A stretch of DNA of 64,000 nucleotides, from positions 682,001 through 746,000 of the forward strand of contig OZ037840.1 of the NCBI GenBank assembly GCA_964035575.1, written 5' to 3'. Shown here one piece after another: positions 60,189 to 64,000 of the stretch; the first letter of the stretch is position 1, and each line of letters starts with the position of its first letter. Origin of the DNA: Rhynchopus sp. YZ270_cl-10 (taxonomy: Eukaryota). The notes under the pieces are model-generated. The model was not told the DNA's origin and did not search any database. It saw only the letters and a program-made list of their open reading frames with translations. Both the position numbers and the translations under genes were made by a program.

Positions 60189-60643
60189 CCCCTTTTTGTC
60201 CCAACACGACCCATTTTCGAGCTTTCTGTCATTGTGCCAGATGCAGGCCTCCTTCCGCAGGTATGCAACTGCATGACAGGCAGCGTCTGCAATGAAACAT
60301 CTTTCCAGATGTACATGCACTTAGGACTGCATGGTGCACCGGTCATGCAAGGTGCACTGTCATGAGAGGGCTTTGTATAATTCTGGGGGGCAAAATACCG
60401 GTTTTAATTTTTACCTTTTTTTTTTTTTTTTTTTTGAGGGGAGGGGCAATTACACGGGAGAGGAACTGTAATATTTATTCTTCATTTTCCCTCCCCAACA
60501 CACCTTCCTGCAACGCTTCTACACCAACCTACTGCACCTATCCTCTGCGACCTCTGGCCTGGGTCGGTTGCATTCATCACGACGTTCTTTCTGACACACA
60601 CACCATCACCACACCACAGGACTCTCAAACTAGGGTTTGCATC

Positions 60644-62398
60644 ATGTGGAACATAAAGCGTTGGTACAGATCCGTGCTGTCCTTGGATGGCACGCTGAGC
60701 AAGAGGAAGCAGCAGGTGCGTGCGCTGTTTTTTGGATTTAATGTTGCCACCTTTCTGGGGGCACTTGTGTACATGCCATCCAGCACGGAAAGATATGACC
60801 TAGAGCCTATGTTTGGAGTGTCACTTGCTATAGTTTGCTCGGTGTCGCTCTTCGCGGTGTTGGCGGTGCTGTCTAAGATGAACCTGACATCCGGTCTGGT
60901 GACCTCATGTGCGTACGGCTACGGGTTTGCCACATTCCTGGGCGACCTGACCAAACGTGTGAAGGGGGATACGATGTGGGCACCCTTAGTGCTCTTAGTC
61001 GACCTCCTGCTTGTGATGGAGGTGCCCACACGCTACACAGTGGTGTTCGTTGCTGGTGTCACAGCGTGGCTGTGCACTGCGTCGTTTGAGGAACTATTTC
61101 GCTTTGGCCTGTTCGACCTTCCCGGGTTGCTCCCGCAACACGGTGTTCACGGGAGATGGGAGCTACACCGTAAGCAAGGTGAGTGCACGGAGCTTCCCTG
61201 TGTCAGGGACAGTGGTCTGCTGGTGTCTTCGGTGGCAGTGTTCCTGATTGACTTCCTCGCAACGCGAGGCTTTGCACGTGACATGCTAAAGGAGCAGGCA
61301 ACAATGCAGAGGACGATTAACGTGGTGCAGGAGATTGCGAGTCTGCTCGCAAGGTACGATGTGGAGGAGGTGGCGGAGTTGCTGGCGACACACGAGCATG
61401 AACTGCCTGAGGGGATGACGACGGCACTGCGGAGTCTTGAGGAGAACCTGCGTGTGTACAAGGCGTACCTCCCGCAGACGTGCCTGCCGTTTGAGGAGGA
61501 TCTTCACGAAGGGGACAGTGCCAGTTTCACTTATTCGAGCGAGACAAGCTCACAAGCTTCCAGCAGGCGATTTAGTGTTGTGAAGCCTGAGACAGTGGTG
61601 CGTGTCTTGGGTCTTGCTCAGGCGAAGGCAACACTGTTCTCAGTGAACATCAAAGACACACTGCGCCTGCTTGAGGATGACAGCGCACGCTTCTCTGAGC
61701 TCTTCACAGCAATGCTGTTGGGCGTGTTACGTGCAACAGAAGCAAAGCAAGGGATGGTGGACGTCTTCGTGGGGGACAGGATCCACTGCTCGTTCAACGT
61801 CTCACGGAGGTGTGCAAACCACGCCACCTCAGCACTGCACGCAGCAACATTATTGCTTCAGATGGGTGGCGATGACCTGGTCTCGCACTTCAACGTCGGG
61901 ATAGCTACTGGGAAGCTGCTGCGTGGTGACATGGGGTGTGAAGTGATGCGCCGCTTCAGCATGGTGGGTGCGCTTGTGCGTGACGTGCACCTCATTGAAC
62001 GTGCAGGACGTGTGTTTGGCTGTGACGTGCTGTGCAACCGCATCTGCTTCAGCGATGCTGAGTGTGAACACCAACTGCGTCTGATTCCCTGCAGGGTGGA
62101 AGTGACACAGGGCTGCGAGACTGAGGTTGTGGCTGAGCTGGTGGTATCAGACGACAAGCTTGCTGTTGGCGCCAACGAGGACAACGAGTGGATGTACGTT
62201 GTTGCAGGCAACAGGCGTTGGGATGCTTACAACACAGCTGTGCGCATGTATCTACTGGGGTCTGCGACGGCAGATGATGTGAGTGCTCAGGCAACAGAGG
62301 GCGACCGCATCAGCACCCCAGTGACCGTAGTGGCGGGTGCAATACGCGTGTTGAACTTACCTGTGTACGATAGTCTGGCAAAGCAGTGCACACAATAA
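60644..62398 (+). CDS. Pseudo-cyclase P4
   Basis: Paralog starting MWNIKRWY. Confidence 0.85.
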   Translation: MWNIKRWYRSVLSLDGTLSKRKQQVRALFFGFNVATFLGALVYMPSSTERYDLEPMFGVSLAIVCSVSLFAVLAVLSKMNLTSGLVTSCAYGYGFATFLGDLTKRVKGDTMWAPLVLLVDLLLVMEVPTRYTVVFVAGVTAWLCTASFEELFRFGLFDLPGLLPQHGVHGRWELHRKQGECTELPCVRDSGLLVSSVAVFLIDFLATRGFARDMLKEQATMQRTINVVQEIASLLARYDVEEVAELLATHEHELPEGMTTALRSLEENLRVYKAYLPQTCLPFEEDLHEGDSASFTYSSETSSQASSRRFSVVKPETVVRVLGLAQAKATLFSVNIKDTLRLLEDDSARFSELFTAMLLGVLRATEAKQGMVDVFVGDRIHCSFNVSRRCANHATSALHAATLLLQMGGDDLVSHFNVGIATGKLLRGDMGCEVMRRFSMVGALVRDVHLIERAGRVFGCDVLCNRICFSDAECEHQLRLIPCRVEVTQGCETEVVAELVVSDDKLAVGANEDNEWMYVVAGNRRWDAYNTAVRMYLLGSATADDVSAQATEGDRISTPVTVVAGAIRVLNLPVYDSLAKQCTQ

Positions 62399-63039
62399 TT
62401 CACGTTGGTACCTCAGGTCGTGCCATCCACGACATTTTTGTGTACATATGTGATCTGGAGTAGGGAAGCGTTCAACACGTTAACCTCTTCCCTCGCTATT
62501 GAGGTGGACGTGTGAGGCGAAGCTTTCATATTACCCTCCCCACACCCTTTTTTTTCTTCCCCTTTTTGTCCCAACACGACCCATTTTCGAGCTTTCTGTC
62601 ATTGTGCCAGATGCAGGCCTCCTTCCGCAGGTATGCAACTGCATGACAGGCAGCGTCTGCAATGAAACATCTTTCCAGATGTACATGCATTTAGGACTGC
62701 ATGGTTGTCACCCGGTGCACCGGTCATGTAAGGTGCATTTTCATGAGAGAGCTTTGTGTAATTTATTTTTGTATGTCAAGCCCGTACGGCAGCTAGTTAC
62801 GCAACCCGCAGACCACGTATGGCTAAGCCTACTTCTATCTTCCTTCTGTGTTGCATTAACGTGTTTACTGAGAAGGGAGTGCAAACCCCTCGGGGAAATC
62901 TTGTCTATAACTAATGGTTTTAGGCTAGTTGACGCCACGGGTCGGTTTAGGAAATTTGTCCAATTTTTCTGGAAAATCGTGTCCCATACCCCCCCATACC
63001 GCCCTCAAATGCCCCCAAACCCTCCAAAACCCTCGCGAA

Positions 63040-63305
63040 CCCTCGCATACCCTACCATACCCAACCATACCCTGCCGTACCCTCCCATACCGCACGTTTG
63101 CCTTTTTTTTGGGATAATCATGTCCCATACCGTGCCATGCCCTGCCATACCATGCCAAACCCTGCCATACCGTGCCATACCGTGCCAAACCGTGCCATAC
63201 CCTGCCATACCTGTGCCAAACCGTGCCATACCCTGCCATACCGTGCCAAACCCTGCCATACCGTGCCAAACCCTGCCATACCGTGCCATACCCTGCCATA
63301 CCCTC
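63040..63305 (+). repeat. Degenerate ~10-bp minisatellite (CC[G/C]TGCCA[T/A]A)
   Basis: Repeated TGCCATACC/TGCCAAACC units. Confidence 0.85.
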
Positions 63306-63319
63306 CCGGTACTGGGTAC

Positions 63320-63620
63320 TGGCTAATGGCTAATGGCTAATGGCTAATGGCTAATGGCTAATGGCTAATGGCTAATGGCTAATGGCTAATGGCTAATGGC
63401 TAATGGCTAATGGCTAATGGCTAATGGCTAATGGCTAATGGCTAATGGCTAATGGCTAATGGCTAATGGCTAATGGCTAATGGCTAATGGCTAATGGCTA
63501 ATGGCTAATGGCTAATGGCTAATGGCTAATGGCTAATGGCTAATGGCTAATGGCTAATGGCTAATGGCTAATGGCTAATGGCTAATGGCTAATGGCTAAT
63601 GGCTAATGGCTAATGGCTAA
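63320..63620 (+). repeat. (TGGCTAA)n, 43 units
   Basis: Perfect 7-mer array. Confidence 0.97.
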
Positions 63621-63650
63621 TAACCCTGCCATACCATGCCATACCCTCCC

Positions 63651-64000
63651 GGTACTGGGTACTGGGTACTGGGTACTGGGTACTGGGTACTGGGTACTGG
63701 GTACTGGGTACTGGGTACTGGGTACTGGGTACTGGGTACTGGGTACTGGGTACTGGGTACTGGGTACTGGGTACTGGGTACTGGGTACTGGGTACTGGGT
63801 ACTGGGTACTGGGTACTGGGTACTGGGTACTGGGTACTGGGTACTGGGTACTGGGTACTGGGTACTGGGTACTGGGTACTGGGTACTGGGTACTGGGTAC
63901 TGGGTACTGGGTACTGGGTACTGGGTACTGGGTACTGGGTACTGGGTACTGGGTACTGGGTACTGGGTACTGGGTACTGGGTACTGGGTACTGGGTACTG
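63651..64000 (+). repeat. (TGGGTAC)n, reverse complement of the 40.4-42.4 kb satellite; runs off the window
   Basis: Perfect 7-mer array of ~50 units. Confidence 0.97.

Noticed and set aside
63320..64000. Possible telomere
   Set aside because: The units are not TTAGGG-type, and the same TGGGTAC satellite occurs internally at 40.4-42.4 kb. Window end alone is not evidence of a chromosome end.

Overview
Eukaryotic nuclear DNA, most likely a euglenozoan (diplonemid-like; inferred, not proven). All 15 credible protein-coding genes lie on the + strand, two have GT-AG introns, and the cyclase and LRR domains resemble kinetoplastid ones. In order, the genes are: the last exon of an acidic/Lys-rich protein; an intron-containing gene of a mainly bacterial family (CinA-like plus nucleotidyltransferase-like, probable HGT); a ubiquitin-like/LRR gene; five tandem scramblase/Tubby-like paralogs; a ~1120-aa LRR + IFT46-like segment + ODA16/DAW1-like WD40 protein; two multi-TM adenylate cyclases; and four multi-TM pseudo-cyclases. 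All six cyclase-family genes share a near-identical ~75-nt hinge. Intergenic DNA holds about 20 non-autonomous TIR elements, most with readable target-site duplications (piggyBac-, hAT-, MULE- and Tc1/pogo-like, plus an unassigned TGGTG family). Three of them carry CAGTA-core microsatellites. Several short hairpin-forming repeat modules were seen only in the sense orientation. No rRNA, tRNA, CRISPR array or intact transposase was recognised. Family assignments come from motif recognition by eye, not database searches.
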